A stretch of 64,000 bases of DNA from Longimicrobiales bacterium (GCA_965197725.1 CBDANQ010000059.1:106005-170004); one strand, 5' to 3'; shown: positions 1 to 10,980, counted from the stretch's first letter. Translations and numbers: made by a program. The notes: a model not told the origin generated them from the sequence alone.

Positions 1-63
1 AAGTACCACGGCCGGGTGAAAGCCTTCGCCGACGGCGCACGAGAGGGAGGTCTGGAGTTCTGA
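1..63 (+). CDS. rplR: 50S ribosomal protein L18, 3' end only (partial)
   Basis: Frame 1 reads [20 protein letters not shown], the canonical L18 C-terminus; TGA overlaps the rpsE ATG. Confidence 0.95.
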   Translation, partial: KYHGRVKAFADGAREGGLEF

Positions 64-599
64 TGGCTGGAGGAGAACAGAAGAAAAAGAAGAAGCAGGG
101 GCGCGGTCGGGAGACCGATCTCGTCGAGAACGTCATCTTCATCAACCGCGTCGCCAAGGTCGTGAAGGGTGGACGGCGGTTCTCGTTCTCGGCCCTTGTG
201 TCCGTGGGTGATCAGAAGGGGAACGTCGGCATCGCGCTGGCCAAAGCGAACGAGGTCGCCGAAGCGATTCGGAAGTCTTTCGAGCAGGCCCGCAAGAACA
301 TGGTGAAGGTGCCGATCCGGAATGGAACGCTTCCCCACGACATCGTGGGTCGGTGGGGCGCCGGCCGCGTGTTGCTCCGCCCCGCCGCCCCCGGTACCGG
401 TGTGGTCGCAGGTGGTCCCGTGCGCGCCGTGCTCGAGGCAGCGGGTGTGAAGGATGTGCTCACGAAGAGTCTGGGTACGAACAACCCGATCAACGTCGTG
501 CGCGCTACCATGAACGGCCTGACGGAGCTCGTCACCGCCGAGCGAGCGGCCGAAGAGCGCGGCGTGACGGTGGAAGCATTGGGAGTGCATAGTGGCTAA
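63..599 (+). CDS. rpsE: 30S ribosomal protein S5
   Basis: [16 protein letters not shown] and [12 protein letters not shown] motifs; spc operon position. Confidence 0.99.
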   Translation: MAGGEQKKKKKQGRGRETDLVENVIFINRVAKVVKGGRRFSFSALVSVGDQKGNVGIALAKANEVAEAIRKSFEQARKNMVKVPIRNGTLPHDIVGRWGAGRVLLRPAAPGTGVVAGGPVRAVLEAAGVKDVLTKSLGTNNPINVVRATMNGLTELVTAERAAEERGVTVEALGVHSG

Positions 600-795
600 G
601 AGGAAGAAGCCCAAGATGATCAAGATCACCCAGACGCGGAGCGGAATCGGCCGACTCACCAAGCACCGCCGCACGCTTCGGGCGCTGGGAATAAAGCGTC
701 ACCAGCAGAGCGTGATCCATGAGGATAGCGCGGCCATTAGGGGGATGATCAACCAAGTCTCCTATATGGTGGACGTGGCTGAAGTAGAGGGCTGA
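592..795 (+). CDS. rpmD: 50S ribosomal protein L30
   Basis: [11 protein letters not shown]...TLRALGI...IRGMINQV; lies between rpsE and rplO. Confidence 0.97.
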   Translation: MAKRKKPKMIKITQTRSGIGRLTKHRRTLRALGIKRHQQSVIHEDSAAIRGMINQVSYMVDVAEVEG

Positions 796-912
796 CCGCT
801 GAAATCGGCGCTGAACGTCGTTAGGCTCCGGTCGTCGACCTGCGAAGTAGCGTTGCTACTCCTCGGTACGCCGATCCTCGCCTGCCTAGTTTAGCATCCA
901 ATTTGAGCGGTC
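794..912. repeat. ~120 bp palindromic MITE/REP-like element in the rpmD-rplO spacer
   Basis: Imperfect terminal inverted repeats GACCGCTGAAATCGGCGCTGAAC / GTTTAGCATCCAATTTGAGCGGTC, with a central GTAGC-GTT-GCTAC hairpin. Confidence 0.65.
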
Positions 913-940
913 TTGGTAACAACTAACGAGAGTTTGTGAC

Positions 941-1402
941 ATGGCAGAACTACACGATCTGAGCCCCCCCGCCGGCTCCCGCCGCAAAGGCAAGCGCGTC
1001 GGTCGCGGACCAGGCTCCGGCCTGGGTAAGACCGCGGGGCGGGGACAGGACGGTCAGAAGTCGCGCTCGGGCGGACGCATCCGCCGGGACTTCGAGGGTG
1101 GCCAGATGCCGCTCATGCGCCGGGTTCCGAAGCGCGGCTTCAAGAACATCAACCGCGTCGAGTATCAAGTGGTCAACGTGCGGGACCTGGGCCGGTGTGA
1201 CGGTGACGTGGGCCCGGACGAGCTCAAGGCGGCCGGGCTCATCCCGTCGCTTCGCAAGCCCGTGAAGATTCTCGGGGAAGGCGATATGGAGAAATCGCTT
1301 GATGTGAGCGCACACAGGTTCAGCAAGAGCGCTCAGGAGAAGATCGAGGCGGCAGGGGGATCGGTGACGGTCATGGGCGCCACGGCCGAGGACGCTTCGT
1401 AG
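941..1402 (+). CDS. rplO: 50S ribosomal protein L15
   Basis: RVGRGPGSGLGKTAGRG, FEGGQMPLMRRVPKRGF. Confidence 0.99.
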   Translation: MAELHDLSPPAGSRRKGKRVGRGPGSGLGKTAGRGQDGQKSRSGGRIRRDFEGGQMPLMRRVPKRGFKNINRVEYQVVNVRDLGRCDGDVGPDELKAAGLIPSLRKPVKILGEGDMEKSLDVSAHRFSKSAQEKIEAAGGSVTVMGATAEDAS

Positions 1403-1403
1403 C

Positions 1404-2717
1404 ATGTCGAATCCCGTACAAAACCTCTTCCGGGTTCCGGAACTCAAAGAGAAGGTCCTCTTCACCTTGTTCATCCTGCTCATCTACCGAGCGGGATCGC
1501 ACATCACGGTGCCGAGCCTGGACGTGGGCGCACTTCGTGAGCAGTTCGGTCAACTCCAGGGGACCTTCTTCGGCATCTACGACATGTTCGTGGGTGGAGG
1601 GCTGTCTCGCGCCACTATCCTGGCGCTGGGCATCATGCCCTACATCTCCGCGAGCATCATGTTTCAACTGCTCGCCGCGGTCTTCCCAACGATCGAAAAG
1701 CTGCAAAAGGAAGGTGAGGAGGGCCGTAAGAAGCTGACCCAGTGGACGCGTTATACCACGATCGGGTTGTCGGCCGCCCAGGCCTACGGGTACGCGTCGT
1801 TCCTGCAGGCGATTCCCGGCGCGGTCAGCACGCCCGGCGTGCTGTTCACGTTCACGACGGTCATCACGCTCACCGTGGGCGCTATCTTCGTCATGTGGCT
1901 CGGTGAGCAGATCACGGAGCACGGCATCGGCAACGGCATGTCGCTCATGATCTTCTTCTCGATCATCCAGGGGTTCCCGGCCGCGGTCGTGCGCACCTAC
2001 GAGTCGTTCCGGCTCGGTGAGCTCGGGGCGTTCGATATGGCTGCGCTGCTCTTCGTGGTGGTCGGCGTCACCGCGGCGGTGGTCGCGATGACCATGGCGG
2101 CCCGCAAGATCCCGGTTCAGATCCCACGCAAGGTCGTCGGCCGCGGCCGAATCCGAGAGGGCCAGAAGAGCTTCATTCCGCTGCGCATCAACTCCGCGGG
2201 CGTCATGCCGATCATCTTTGCGCAGTCGTTCATCGTCGTACCCGGCACCGCCGCCGCGTTCATCGACGTCCCGCTGCTCAACACCATCAACGAGATCTTC
2301 CAGCCGCAGGGCTGGCCCTACTACATCACGTATGGCCTCCTGATCGTGTTCTTCACGTACTTCTACACGGCGATCATTTTCAACCCGATCGACCTCGCAG
2401 AGAACCTGAAGAAGCAGGGTGGTTTCATCCCGGGTGTAAAACCGGGAGCGCGCACGGCGGAATACATCGACCGCGTTCTGACACGTGTGACCCTACCCGG
2501 CTCGATCTATCTGGCTATCGTAGCGCTCGTGCCGTTCTGGATCTTCGACTTCTTCCAGATCAACACCTTTTTCTTCGGTGGCACGAGTCTGCTGATCGTC
2601 GTGGGCGTGGGTTTGGACACCGTGCAGCAGGCGCAACAGCTGCTCATGCTCCGTCACTATGACGGTTTCATGAAGAAGGGTCGCGTGAAGATGCGGGGCC
2701 GCTCGCGGTACATGTAG
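1404..2717 (+). CDS. secY: Preprotein translocase subunit SecY
   Basis: Multi-TM protein with ALGIMPYISASI, GIGNGMSL, GGFIPGVKPG and GGTSLLIVVGV motifs. Confidence 0.99.
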   Translation: MSNPVQNLFRVPELKEKVLFTLFILLIYRAGSHITVPSLDVGALREQFGQLQGTFFGIYDMFVGGGLSRATILALGIMPYISASIMFQLLAAVFPTIEKLQKEGEEGRKKLTQWTRYTTIGLSAAQAYGYASFLQAIPGAVSTPGVLFTFTTVITLTVGAIFVMWLGEQITEHGIGNGMSLMIFFSIIQGFPAAVVRTYESFRLGELGAFDMAALLFVVVGVTAAVVAMTMAARKIPVQIPRKVVGRGRIREGQKSFIPLRINSAGVMPIIFAQSFIVVPGTAAAFIDVPLLNTINEIFQPQGWPYYITYGLLIVFFTYFYTAIIFNPIDLAENLKKQGGFIPGVKPGARTAEYIDRVLTRVTLPGSIYLAIVALVPFWIFDFFQINTFFFGGTSLLIVVGVGLDTVQQAQQLLMLRHYDGFMKKGRVKMRGRSRYM

Positions 2718-3371
2718 GTGTCGACGGTCGTCATCCTTCTCGGTCCGCCGGGTGTCGGAAAAGGCTCGCAGGCCGTGCGTCTCGCTGCTGCGATCGGTGG
2801 CGAGCACATCTCTACGGGAGATCTGCTTCGCGCGGCCCGCCGTGACGGCACCGAGCTCGGCCAGCAGGCTCAGGGCTATATGGATGCCGGAGAGCTCGTT
2901 CCCGACGCGCTGATCCTGGACCTCGTTCGCGACCACCTAGGGGGCGTGGCGAGCGAGGCGAGCCTCCTGTTCGACGGCTTCCCACGCACGACCGCTCAGG
3001 CGGACGGACTCGATGCGGTGCTGTCCGATGTGGGTCGGCAGGTCGACCGGATCGTGCTCCTGGAGGCTTCCGACGAGACGCTTCTCAAGCGGCTGAGCGG
3101 GCGGCGGAGCTGCATGGACTGTGGGGCGATCTTCAACGTCCACTTGAACGCCTCGGAGATCGATGGGATCTGCGACCGCTGCAGCGGTCCGCTCATCCAC
3201 AGGATCGATGACGAGCCGGATACGGTGCTCCATCGCCTGAAGGTGTATCAAGAGCAAACGGCACCGCTCGTGGCCCACTACGAAGCGCGTGACGCAGGCC
3301 TGGTTCGGGTCCAGGCCGAACGGGGTATGGAGGACGTGCACGCGGACGTGCGAACCGCTGTTGGCGTGTGA
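2718..3371 (+). CDS. adk: Adenylate kinase (Zn-lid type)
   Basis: GPPGVGKGSQ P-loop, HISTGDLLR, DGFPRT, and CxxC...CxxC lid. Confidence 0.98.
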   Translation: MSTVVILLGPPGVGKGSQAVRLAAAIGGEHISTGDLLRAARRDGTELGQQAQGYMDAGELVPDALILDLVRDHLGGVASEASLLFDGFPRTTAQADGLDAVLSDVGRQVDRIVLLEASDETLLKRLSGRRSCMDCGAIFNVHLNASEIDGICDRCSGPLIHRIDDEPDTVLHRLKVYQEQTAPLVAHYEARDAGLVRVQAERGMEDVHADVRTAVGV

Positions 3372-3377
3372 GTCGCG

Positions 3378-4172
3378 ATGATCCATCTACGGACCCCCGA
3401 GGAGATGAACGCGGTCGGTCGCGGCGGCGCGATCATCGCCGGACTGCTCAGCGAGCTCCACGAGCGAGTTGTTCCGGGCGTCTCGACCCAGGACCTCGAC
3501 AGCGTCTGCGATGAGTACATTGTCTCACACCACGGTGCCGTGCCGGCATTCAAGGGCCTGTATGGATTCCCTGGAAGCGTGTGCACCTCGGTGAACGAGG
3601 AGGTCGTTCACGGCATTCCGAGTGCGAAGCGCGTGCTGCGCGAGGGCGACGTCATTTCAGTCGACGTAGGTGTGAAGGTCGACGGATGGTGCTCCGATTC
3701 GGCTTGGACATTTCGCGTCGGCGAGGTGAGCGACGAGGTGCAGCGATTGCTAGACGTGACCGAGCGGTCCCTGTGGGCCGCGATCGAGGCTTCCATCTCC
3801 GGGAATCACGTGGGGGACATCGGTGCGGCGGTCATGCGTACTGTGGACGGAACGAGCTTCGGCATCATCAGGGACCTCGTGGGACACGGCGTGGGACGCG
3901 ACGTGCACGAGGAGCCCCAGGTGCCTAACCACGGACGGGGCGGACACGGTCCGTTGCTGAGGGAGGGGATGGTTTTGGCCATCGAGCCGATGCTCTCGGC
4001 GGGTTCACCGAACATCAGAACCCTCGATGACGGATGGACGGTCGTTACCGCCGACCGAACGACGTCGGCACACTTCGAGCATACCGTCGGAATCACCGCG
4101 GACGGCCCAAGGGTTCTGACTGTGTCCGGAGCCCCGGTTCATGCGGGTTCTGGCACCCCGAATGGCGCTTGA
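3378..4172 (+). CDS. map: Type I methionine aminopeptidase
   Basis: SVNEEVVHGIP, GHGVG..HEEP, AIEPM, SAHFEHT. Confidence 0.98.
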   Translation: MIHLRTPEEMNAVGRGGAIIAGLLSELHERVVPGVSTQDLDSVCDEYIVSHHGAVPAFKGLYGFPGSVCTSVNEEVVHGIPSAKRVLREGDVISVDVGVKVDGWCSDSAWTFRVGEVSDEVQRLLDVTERSLWAAIEASISGNHVGDIGAAVMRTVDGTSFGIIRDLVGHGVGRDVHEEPQVPNHGRGGHGPLLREGMVLAIEPMLSAGSPNIRTLDDGWTVVTADRTTSAHFEHTVGITADGPRVLTVSGAPVHAGSGTPNGA

Positions 4173-4197
4173 AGCCGCACCAGCGCTTGGTTACATT
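4169..4197 (+). promoter_or_regulatory. Putative sigma70 promoter for the rpmJ-rpsM-rpsK-rpsD-rpoA-rplQ unit
   Basis: TTGAAG-N17-TACATT directly upstream of rpmJ. Confidence 0.55.
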
Positions 4198-4247
4198 ATA
4201 AAGCTCTGCAACAAACGAACGTGGAGATGTTGAGTGGAGATGTTGAA

Positions 4248-4364
4248 GTGAAGGTTCGAAGCAGCGTAAAGCCGATCTGCGAGCACTGCAAAGTGATCCG
4301 CCGGAAGGGTGTCGTGCGCGTTATTTGCTCGCGGGATCCTAAGCATAAACAGCGCCAAGGATGA
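4248..4364 (+). CDS. rpmJ: 50S ribosomal protein L36 (not in the ORF track)
   Basis: GTG start; [38 protein letters not shown]. Confidence 0.97.
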   Translation: MKVRSSVKPICEHCKVIRRKGVVRVICSRDPKHKQRQG

Positions 4365-4406
4365 TGAGCGACGTGAAATCGCGAGAAAAGAGGCAAAGCG
4401 TAGAAC

Positions 4407-4786
4407 GTGGCACGTATCGCCGGCGTTGACCTTCCGCGTGGGAAGAGAATCGAAGTCGCCCTGACGTACATCTACGGGATCGGCGCGATGCGCGCGAAGG
4501 AGATCATCCGGGAGTGTGGCGTCGACGCGGACCGGCGCACCCAGGACCTCGACGACGATGATGTGAACCGCCTCCGTCGGCAGATCGAGGGGAACTACAA
4601 GGTCGAGGGCACGCTGCGCACCGAGACCTCCATGAACATCAAGCGTCTCATGGACATCGGTTGCTACCGGGGACTCCGGCACCGGCGCGGTTTACCCGTG
4701 AGGGGTCAGCGGACGCATACCAACGCGCGCACGCACAAGGGCTCCAAAGATCCATAGCGGGAAAGAAAAAGCCGCCGAAGAAGTAA
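4407..4786 (+). CDS. rpsM: 30S ribosomal protein S13, with an apparent 1-nt frameshift at ~4748 that is likely an assembly error
   Basis: [10 protein letters not shown]...[11 protein letters not shown]; the expected tail [12 protein letters not shown] continues in the adjacent frame after the A-run CCAAAGA. Confidence 0.95.
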
Positions 4787-4852
4787 GCGGCCCGACAGGC
4801 TCGCTGAGCCGGCGTATCACTCGATGCGGCGTCACCCGAGGCACCAACTAAC

Positions 4853-5242
4853 GTGGCAAATCCAAAGACCCGTACCAAGCGCTCGAAGAAGGTCGTAGAA
4901 GCTGAAGGTGTCGCTCACATCAAAGCGACCTTCAACAACACGATCATCACAATCGCCGACAACCAAGGGAACGTCATCGTGTGGGCCAGCGCCGGAAAGG
5001 CCGGCTTCAAGGGCTCCAAGAAGTCGACCCCGTTTGCTGCCACCGTAGCTGCCGAACAGGTGGGACGTGAGGCCGTCGGCATGGGCGTGAAGCGCCTCGA
5101 CGTGCGTGTCCAGGGCCCCGGCTCCGGCCGTGAGTCCGCAATCCAGGCGCTCGCCGCCGTGGGTCTCCAGATCAAGTCCATCCAAGACGTGACGCCGCTG
5201 CCGCACAACGGGTGTCGGCCGCCGAAGAAGCGTCGCGTCTAG
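4853..5242 (+). CDS. rpsK: 30S ribosomal protein S11
   Basis: [33 protein letters not shown]. Confidence 0.99.
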   Translation: MANPKTRTKRSKKVVEAEGVAHIKATFNNTIITIADNQGNVIVWASAGKAGFKGSKKSTPFAATVAAEQVGREAVGMGVKRLDVRVQGPGSGRESAIQALAAVGLQIKSIQDVTPLPHNGCRPPKKRRV

Positions 5243-5271
5243 TCGTGTCCGAGAGGGAATACCACTAGGCC

Positions 5272-5907
5272 ATGGCTCGTAATACCGGTCCGATTTGTAA
5301 GCTTTGCCGCCGAGAAGGCCAGAAGCTCTTCTTGAAGGGGCAGAAGTGTTACACCGAAAAGTGCCCCGTCGAGCGGCGCCAGTACCCGCCGGGTCAGCAC
5401 GGCCCCGCGCAGGCTCGCCGACGCAAGCAGTCCGACTACGCTGTTCAGCTCCGAGAGAAGCAGAAGGTGAAGCGGATCTATGGGCTGCATGAGAAGCAGT
5501 TCCGCGCGCTCTTCGAGCGCGCTGCTCATGTCCCGGGCATCACCGGCGCGAACCTCATCGTTTCGCTCGAGACGCGCCTCGACAACATCGTCTTCCGCAT
5601 GGGCTTCGCGGTCAGTCGTAGCGCGGCACGGCAGCTCGTGCGGCACCGTCATGTAGAGGTGAACGGCCGCATCGTCGACGTCCCGAGCTTCCACGTGAAG
5701 GCGGGCGACGAGATCGCGGTGAAGGCCAAGTCGAAAGACATCGTGCCCGTGCAGGGGGCTCTCGAGGCGCGGACGCGTCCGGCGCTGGCAGATTGGCTCG
5801 CGCTCGACGAGAGGGCGCGTGTGGGCCGCTTGGTTCGCGAACCGACCCGCGCGGACATCCCGCTGGCGGCGTGGGAACAGCTCATCGTCGAGCTCTACTC
5901 GAAATGA
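5272..5907 (+). CDS. rpsD: 30S ribosomal protein S4
   Basis: CKLCRREG, QLREKQK, LETRLDN, IVELYSK. Confidence 0.99.
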   Translation: MARNTGPICKLCRREGQKLFLKGQKCYTEKCPVERRQYPPGQHGPAQARRRKQSDYAVQLREKQKVKRIYGLHEKQFRALFERAAHVPGITGANLIVSLETRLDNIVFRMGFAVSRSAARQLVRHRHVEVNGRIVDVPSFHVKAGDEIAVKAKSKDIVPVQGALEARTRPALADWLALDERARVGRLVREPTRADIPLAAWEQLIVELYSK

Positions 5908-5965
5908 CCCGATCGCGGGGATTCGTTCGGCGGATCCTGGCGTCCTAGGCTAAGCAGGAGGCAAC

Positions 5966-7009
5966 GTGGAATTAGATCTCACCGGACTGGTACTCCCCGA
6001 GCGCATCGAGAGCATCGGGGATCCGGGCGACACCCGTAATGCCCGCTTCGTGATCGAGCCGCTCGAGCGCGGCTTCGGCCATACGCTGGGCAACTCCATG
6101 CGTCGTGTACTGCTGTCGTCACTGCGCGGTTCAGCGGTGTGGGGCTTCCGCCTCGACAGCGTGGTACATGAGCACCAGACGCTCGCAGGCGTGGTCGAAG
6201 ACGTTCATCAGGTCATCCAGAACCTGAAGGCGCTCGCCGTCACGCTGGACGACGACGTCGACGATGCGGTTCTCCACATCCGCGTCAGTAAGACGGGTCC
6301 CGTCACGGCTAGTGACATTCAGCCAACGGCCGGAGCGACGATCATGGAGCCGGATCACCATCTGTTCACGCTCCAGGAGAAGCGCGAGGTCAACCTGGAG
6401 ATGCACGTGAACAAGGGTCGCGGCTTCGTGCTCGCGGATGCGCACCCCATTCCGCGGGGCGCCCCAGTGGACCTCGTACGTATCGACTCGATCTACAACC
6501 CGGTCCGCCGCGCGAACTTCACGGTCGAGGAGACCCGCGTGGGTCAGCGCACCGATTTCGATCGTCTGACCCTTCATATCGAGACCGATGGCTCGGTCGA
6601 TCCGGAGCGTGCGGTGGCGTACGCCGCCGAGCTCGTTCGCAAGCACCTCGAGTACATGCTCTACTTCGGTGAGGGTGGCATTCCCGAGGTCGCGCCTCCC
6701 GGAGCGGTCGCGGTTTCCGATCGCCTGCAGAACCTGTTCGAGCGGCCCATCGAGGATCTTGCGGAACTGTCCGTGCGCTCGCGAAACTCGCTGCAGAAGG
6801 AGAACATCCAGACGCTGGGTGATCTCGTGCAGCGCTCGGAGGACGACATGTTGCAGATCGAAAACTTCGGCAAGAAATCGCTCAAGGAGATCTCCGACTT
6901 CTTGGAGGAGCATACGCTCCGCTTTGGCATGCAGCTCGAGGAGGGCGAGGACGGACGCCTTTTCTTCGTGGAGGAGGAAGCCGAGGCCGCAGCGGCCGGG
7001 GAGCAGTAG
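5966..7009 (+). CDS. rpoA: RNA polymerase alpha subunit
   Basis: [33 protein letters not shown]...NFGKKSL. Confidence 0.99.
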   Translation: MELDLTGLVLPERIESIGDPGDTRNARFVIEPLERGFGHTLGNSMRRVLLSSLRGSAVWGFRLDSVVHEHQTLAGVVEDVHQVIQNLKALAVTLDDDVDDAVLHIRVSKTGPVTASDIQPTAGATIMEPDHHLFTLQEKREVNLEMHVNKGRGFVLADAHPIPRGAPVDLVRIDSIYNPVRRANFTVEETRVGQRTDFDRLTLHIETDGSVDPERAVAYAAELVRKHLEYMLYFGEGGIPEVAPPGAVAVSDRLQNLFERPIEDLAELSVRSRNSLQKENIQTLGDLVQRSEDDMLQIENFGKKSLKEISDFLEEHTLRFGMQLEEGEDGRLFFVEEEAEAAAAGEQ

Positions 7010-7011
7010 CC

Positions 7012-7365
7012 GTGCGGCATCGCAAGAAGGGGAGGAAGCTCTCCCGTACCCCAAGCCACAAGAGGGCGACCATGCGCAACATGGCCACGTCGCTGTTTCG
7101 TCACGAGAGAATCGAGACGACCACAGCCAAGGCCAAGGAACTCCGTCCGTACGCCGAGCGTCTCATCACGCTCGCGCGCCGTGGGGACCTGCATGCACGT
7201 CGCCTTGCCGCGACTAAGATCCAAGATCGTGAAGTACTAGGGAAGCTGTTCGGCGATATCGCTCCGCGTTTCGCGGAGCATCCGGGTGGCTATACACGCA
7301 TCCTGAAGCTGGGCCATCGGAAGGGTGACGCGGCGGAGATGTCGCTCATCGAGCTCGTCAGCTAG
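7012..7365 (+). CDS. rplQ: 50S ribosomal protein L17
   Basis: [30 protein letters not shown]. Confidence 0.99.
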   Translation: MRHRKKGRKLSRTPSHKRATMRNMATSLFRHERIETTTAKAKELRPYAERLITLARRGDLHARRLAATKIQDREVLGKLFGDIAPRFAEHPGGYTRILKLGHRKGDAAEMSLIELVS

Positions 7366-7415
7366 TTTGTCGAGTGTTTCCGGCGGACAAACTCAAACTG
7401 GACAGGATTTCGGAC

Positions 7416-7976
7416 ATGCTGGACAACGCTTCCCGACGCGGCGCTGCCGAGCTGAGCACTCTACTGATGTTCATGGCGTTCGCGGCCATCGGTGGTTTCA
7501 TGTTTTGGCTCATGGGTGAGTCGGACGCGCAGCGCGAGCTCCGACTCGTGGAAGACACCACCGAGGTCGCCACCGACGATCTCGGTACGGCGACCACGGT
7601 CGCCGCGGTGGACCTTCAGACGGATCCCACGCCGTTCGAGGGTCAGAACATCCGCATAGCGGGGCTTAGCGTGGCGGGCACGCTCGGGTCACAGGGCTTC
7701 TGGCTTCAACTGCCCAACCGCAATCCGTTCCTCGTCTCGATGTCTGAGCAGGTGATGGCCGAGGGGCTGGATCTTTCAGTGGGCAGGCCCGCCACGGTGA
7801 TCGGCGTCGTGTACGCGGTGGGTGACTCAGCTCTGACCGCCTGGGCTGAGGCGGGGACGATCAGCGAGGGCGACCGGCTCGCGGCCGAGTTCGCCACCCA
7901 CTTCGTGGAAGCGAATCAGGTCGTGGTCGCGGCCGGGTCCGGCGGCGACGGCAACGCGCCTGGCGACGGTAACTAG
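7416..7976 (+). CDS. Hypothetical membrane-anchored protein (N-terminal TM, acidic beta-rich periplasmic domain)
   Basis: Open frame with host-like codon usage between rplQ and rpmB; hydrophobic helix [18 protein letters not shown]; start uncertain. Confidence 0.75.
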   Translation: MLDNASRRGAAELSTLLMFMAFAAIGGFMFWLMGESDAQRELRLVEDTTEVATDDLGTATTVAAVDLQTDPTPFEGQNIRIAGLSVAGTLGSQGFWLQLPNRNPFLVSMSEQVMAEGLDLSVGRPATVIGVVYAVGDSALTAWAEAGTISEGDRLAAEFATHFVEANQVVVAAGSGGDGNAPGDGN

Positions 7977-8041
7977 AGGTTCTGTTTATCAGTGGGTGGA
8001 TGCATCGCCGCCCCGGCTGGGGAAAATCAAGGAAGCTTCAG

Positions 8042-8251
8042 ATGGCTAGAGTTTGCTACGTGTGTAACAAAGGCCCGGCAACGGGCAACAACGTGAGTCA
8101 CGCGCACAACAAAACGCGGCGCCGCTGGCTTCCGAACCTTCAGACGTTCAAGATCGTCGACGAGAAGGGCGTGCGCCGTCGCGTGCGGGTGTGCACGCGG
8201 TGCATCTCGGCGGGGAAGGTTACGAAGGCTCCGGCGGTGGTGGGGGGGTAG
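8042..8251 (+). CDS. rpmB: 50S ribosomal protein L28
   Basis: MARVCYVC...[20 protein letters not shown]...VCTRC. Confidence 0.97.
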   Translation: MARVCYVCNKGPATGNNVSHAHNKTRRRWLPNLQTFKIVDEKGVRRRVRVCTRCISAGKVTKAPAVVGG

Positions 8252-8256
8252 GGGGG

Positions 8257-9309
8257 CTACTGGCGGTTGCTGCTTGGTTGTGAGAGAGCCTCCCTGGTAG
8301 GTTGCTGGGGAGGCTCTTGGTTTGCCCCTCGACTACGGGTGCTATCAGCTCTTCGGGAGAGGCAGTGCCAGAAGGGTGCGTACTCCGAGAAACGCACGCG
8401 TTCCATCCCTGCGGCGGCCAGCATGTCGGCGATCTCCACCTTTTTGAAGCGCTGCTCGAGGGGGGTGCCGAACCGATCCAAGGCATCGTTGCGGATGATG
8501 CGGAGGCTCTTGTTACGGTAATAGCCGAGCGGGAGTCGCGCGGCAAGCGGGGCGTTGACCTTGGCGACCATGCGTGCCACCGACACCAAGGGTAGGTAGA
8601 CACTCATCGCCAACACGTCGGCTGCGCATCGCTTTGCCGGGGCTGGCAGTCCCGAAACGAAGCGCCTGACGAGGTCTGTAACGGCGAACATGGCTCTGTA
8701 TCCGGCGCCGCGGTTGTCGAGCGAGTAGTAGAGGTAGAGGAGAAGGTGGCCGCCCGGTCGGATCTTTCGTGTCAGAGCGCGTAGGGCTCCGGCCGTATCG
8801 GGAACGTGATGAAGGACGCCGAGGCAGATCACCACGTCGAACGTCTCATCGTGGAACGGGATGATATCGATCGCGGCCTGTGTAAACCGGACATTCGACA
8901 GGCCTCGATGTTGGTCTGCGGCGACGAAGACTGCGCTGCTAGGGTCGATCGCCTCCACCCGCCCGACACGCGGTGCCAAGAATCGACTCCAGCGGCCGGA
9001 GCCACAACCGGCGTCGAGTACCGTGGTCTCCCGGGTGAGAAGTTCCGGCGGCACTACGTCGAAGTACTCCTTGCCGGCGCCCTCGATCTCGTCGTCGCTG
9101 AACTCGCGGAACTTGCTCCACTCGGCACCGAAAGAAGCCACAGTGCTCGGGTCCACGTTCGTCGCCCCCGTGAAGCAGGCGACCGTGACCCCGCCCGCTT
9201 CATGGACACGGTCGGGCTCGGTCGAGTATGCGATCACTCCTCGAGCCAAAACGGCGGCATGTCTGGTCCTCCGTGCCAACTGGTTCCGCCCAGCGTTCAC
9301 TGTCCGCAC
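8257..9309 (-). CDS. Class I SAM-dependent methyltransferase (type common in polysaccharide loci); start uncertain
   Basis: VLDAGCGSGRW motif I, FDVVICLGVLHH, RPGGHLL. Confidence 0.85.
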   Translation of the reverse strand: MRTVNAGRNQLARRTRHAAVLARGVIAYSTEPDRVHEAGGVTVACFTGATNVDPSTVASFGAEWSKFREFSDDEIEGAGKEYFDVVPPELLTRETTVLDAGCGSGRWSRFLAPRVGRVEAIDPSSAVFVAADQHRGLSNVRFTQAAIDIIPFHDETFDVVICLGVLHHVPDTAGALRALTRKIRPGGHLLLYLYYSLDNRGAGYRAMFAVTDLVRRFVSGLPAPAKRCAADVLAMSVYLPLVSVARMVAKVNAPLAARLPLGYYRNKSLRIIRNDALDRFGTPLEQRFKKVEIADMLAAAGMERVRFSEYAPFWHCLSRRADSTRSRGANQEPPQQPTREALSQPSSNRQ

Positions 9310-9580
9310 CGATGTCCAGCATCCCTACAGTAGCCGGGACGTCATGCGGCACAAGCTGGTCCGTACCGTCAGGCTTCCCTAACCGTCGCCACGGTCGACT
9401 CGATCCCGGGTCGGTAGCAGGGCTGAGCGTGGCGAGCACGCGAGCCCCACTTGTCCGAAAGATTCTGAAGCTCAACAGTTCTAACTTGATGGCATTGCCG
9501 AACAACCGCACAAGAAACCGTTTTCAGTCCGCGAGCGATCGAAGGAGATGATTAAAGGCCCGGTTTTCAATCCGCTTCTT

Positions 9581-10852
9581 TGACCTGACCCCCTGAAACG
9601 AGACCAGGTGCAATGTTAGGATCGAGCTGGTCTGAAGCTTTTCAGCGAGGAGGTCAGGATGGGAAGGAAGCGACACACTCCGGAGCAGATCATCACTGCA
9701 CTGCGGGAGGCAGAGGTCGGTCTGGCCCGCGGCAAATCCGTGAAGCTGATCAGCCGGGAGCTCGGCATCACCGAGCAGACGTACTACCGGTGGAGGCGGG
9801 AGTACGGCGGGATGAAGGTGAGCCAGGCACGGCGCCTGAAGGAGCTCGAGCGCGAGAACGGGCGCCTGAAGCGAGCAGTGGCGGACTTGACACTGGACAA
9901 GCTGATCCTGGAGGAAGCAGCCGAGGGAAACTTCTGAGCCCCGAGCGCCGACGACGTTGTGTGGTGCGTGTACGTCAGCAGCTCGGGGCGTCGGAGAGGA
10001 GAGCGTGCCGGGTGCTCGGGCAGCCACGCACGACCCAGCGCCGGGCGAGGAAAGTGGCGAGTGACGAGGGGGCGCTCCGAGGTGATATCGTGCGACTCGC
10101 GAGTCGATTTCGGCCGCTACGGCTACCGACGCGTCACGGACATGCTCCGCATCGAGGGCTGGGGGGTGAACCACAAGCGGGTGGAGCGGATCTGGAGGCA
10201 GGAGGGGCTGAAGGTCCCGCAGCGGCAGCCGAAGCGAGGTCGGCTGTGGCTCAACGACGGATCGTGCATCCGGCTGAGGCCGCTGTATCGGGGCCACGTC
10301 TGGTCGTACGACTTCGTGGCCTCGAGGACGCACGACGGGCGTGCGCTGAAGCTGCTGACAGTGCTGGACGAGCACACGAGGGAGTGCCTGGCGATCGTGG
10401 TGGCTCGCAAGATCCGCTCGCACGACGTGCTCGAGGTGCTGGCCGATCTGTTCGTCCGACACGGGCCTCCCGAGTATCTGAGGTCGGACAACGGAGCGGA
10501 GTTCACCGCGAAGCTCGTGCGGCGGTGGTGGGGGCGCGTGGGCGTCGAGACGCTCTTTATCGAGCCGGGCAGCCCGTGGGAGAACGGCTACAACGAGAGC
10601 TTCAACGGCAAGCTCAGGGACGAGCTGTTGAACGGGGAGATCTTCTACTCGTTGGCGGAGGCGGCCGTGCTGGTCGAGCAATGGAGGCGCGAGTACAATA
10701 CCGTCCGACCCCACAGCGCCTGCGGCGGCTTTCCCCCGGCCCCTGAGGCGATTAAGCCGTCGCCCTGGTTCTTGAGGATGCCCGTCCTTCACGGCCCTCC
10801 ACAGGTGCTGGGACTAACATAGGATGTGGTACCCGCTCTTGGGGGCAGGTCA
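9581..10852 (+). mobile_element. IS3-family element, copy A1 (orfA 9659-9937; orfB to 10822 with a 1-nt frameshift at ~10110)
   Basis: TGACCTG..CAGGTCA inverted repeats; HTH orfA; GGGAAAC -1 slippery site at 9925-9931; DDE motifs WSYDF/SDNG/ESFNGK; no target duplication. Confidence 0.97.
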
Positions 10853-10980
10853 AAGCATGCGGGGTCGGCGCTCGCGGGCGCCGCTGTTTGCTTTGTGTGC
10901 CTATGGTGTGCCGGGATCTTGATGGTCTCGGTCACGGCGCTGTCCTAGTCTAGCGATTCAAAAGTCTCATTGCACGACGG

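Noticed and set aside
4741..4786. Truncated rpsM or programmed frameshift
   Set aside because: One missing A in a short A-run restores the normal tail of an essential gene; an assembly indel is most likely. The same caution applies to single frameshifts in the IS copies and the transporter start.
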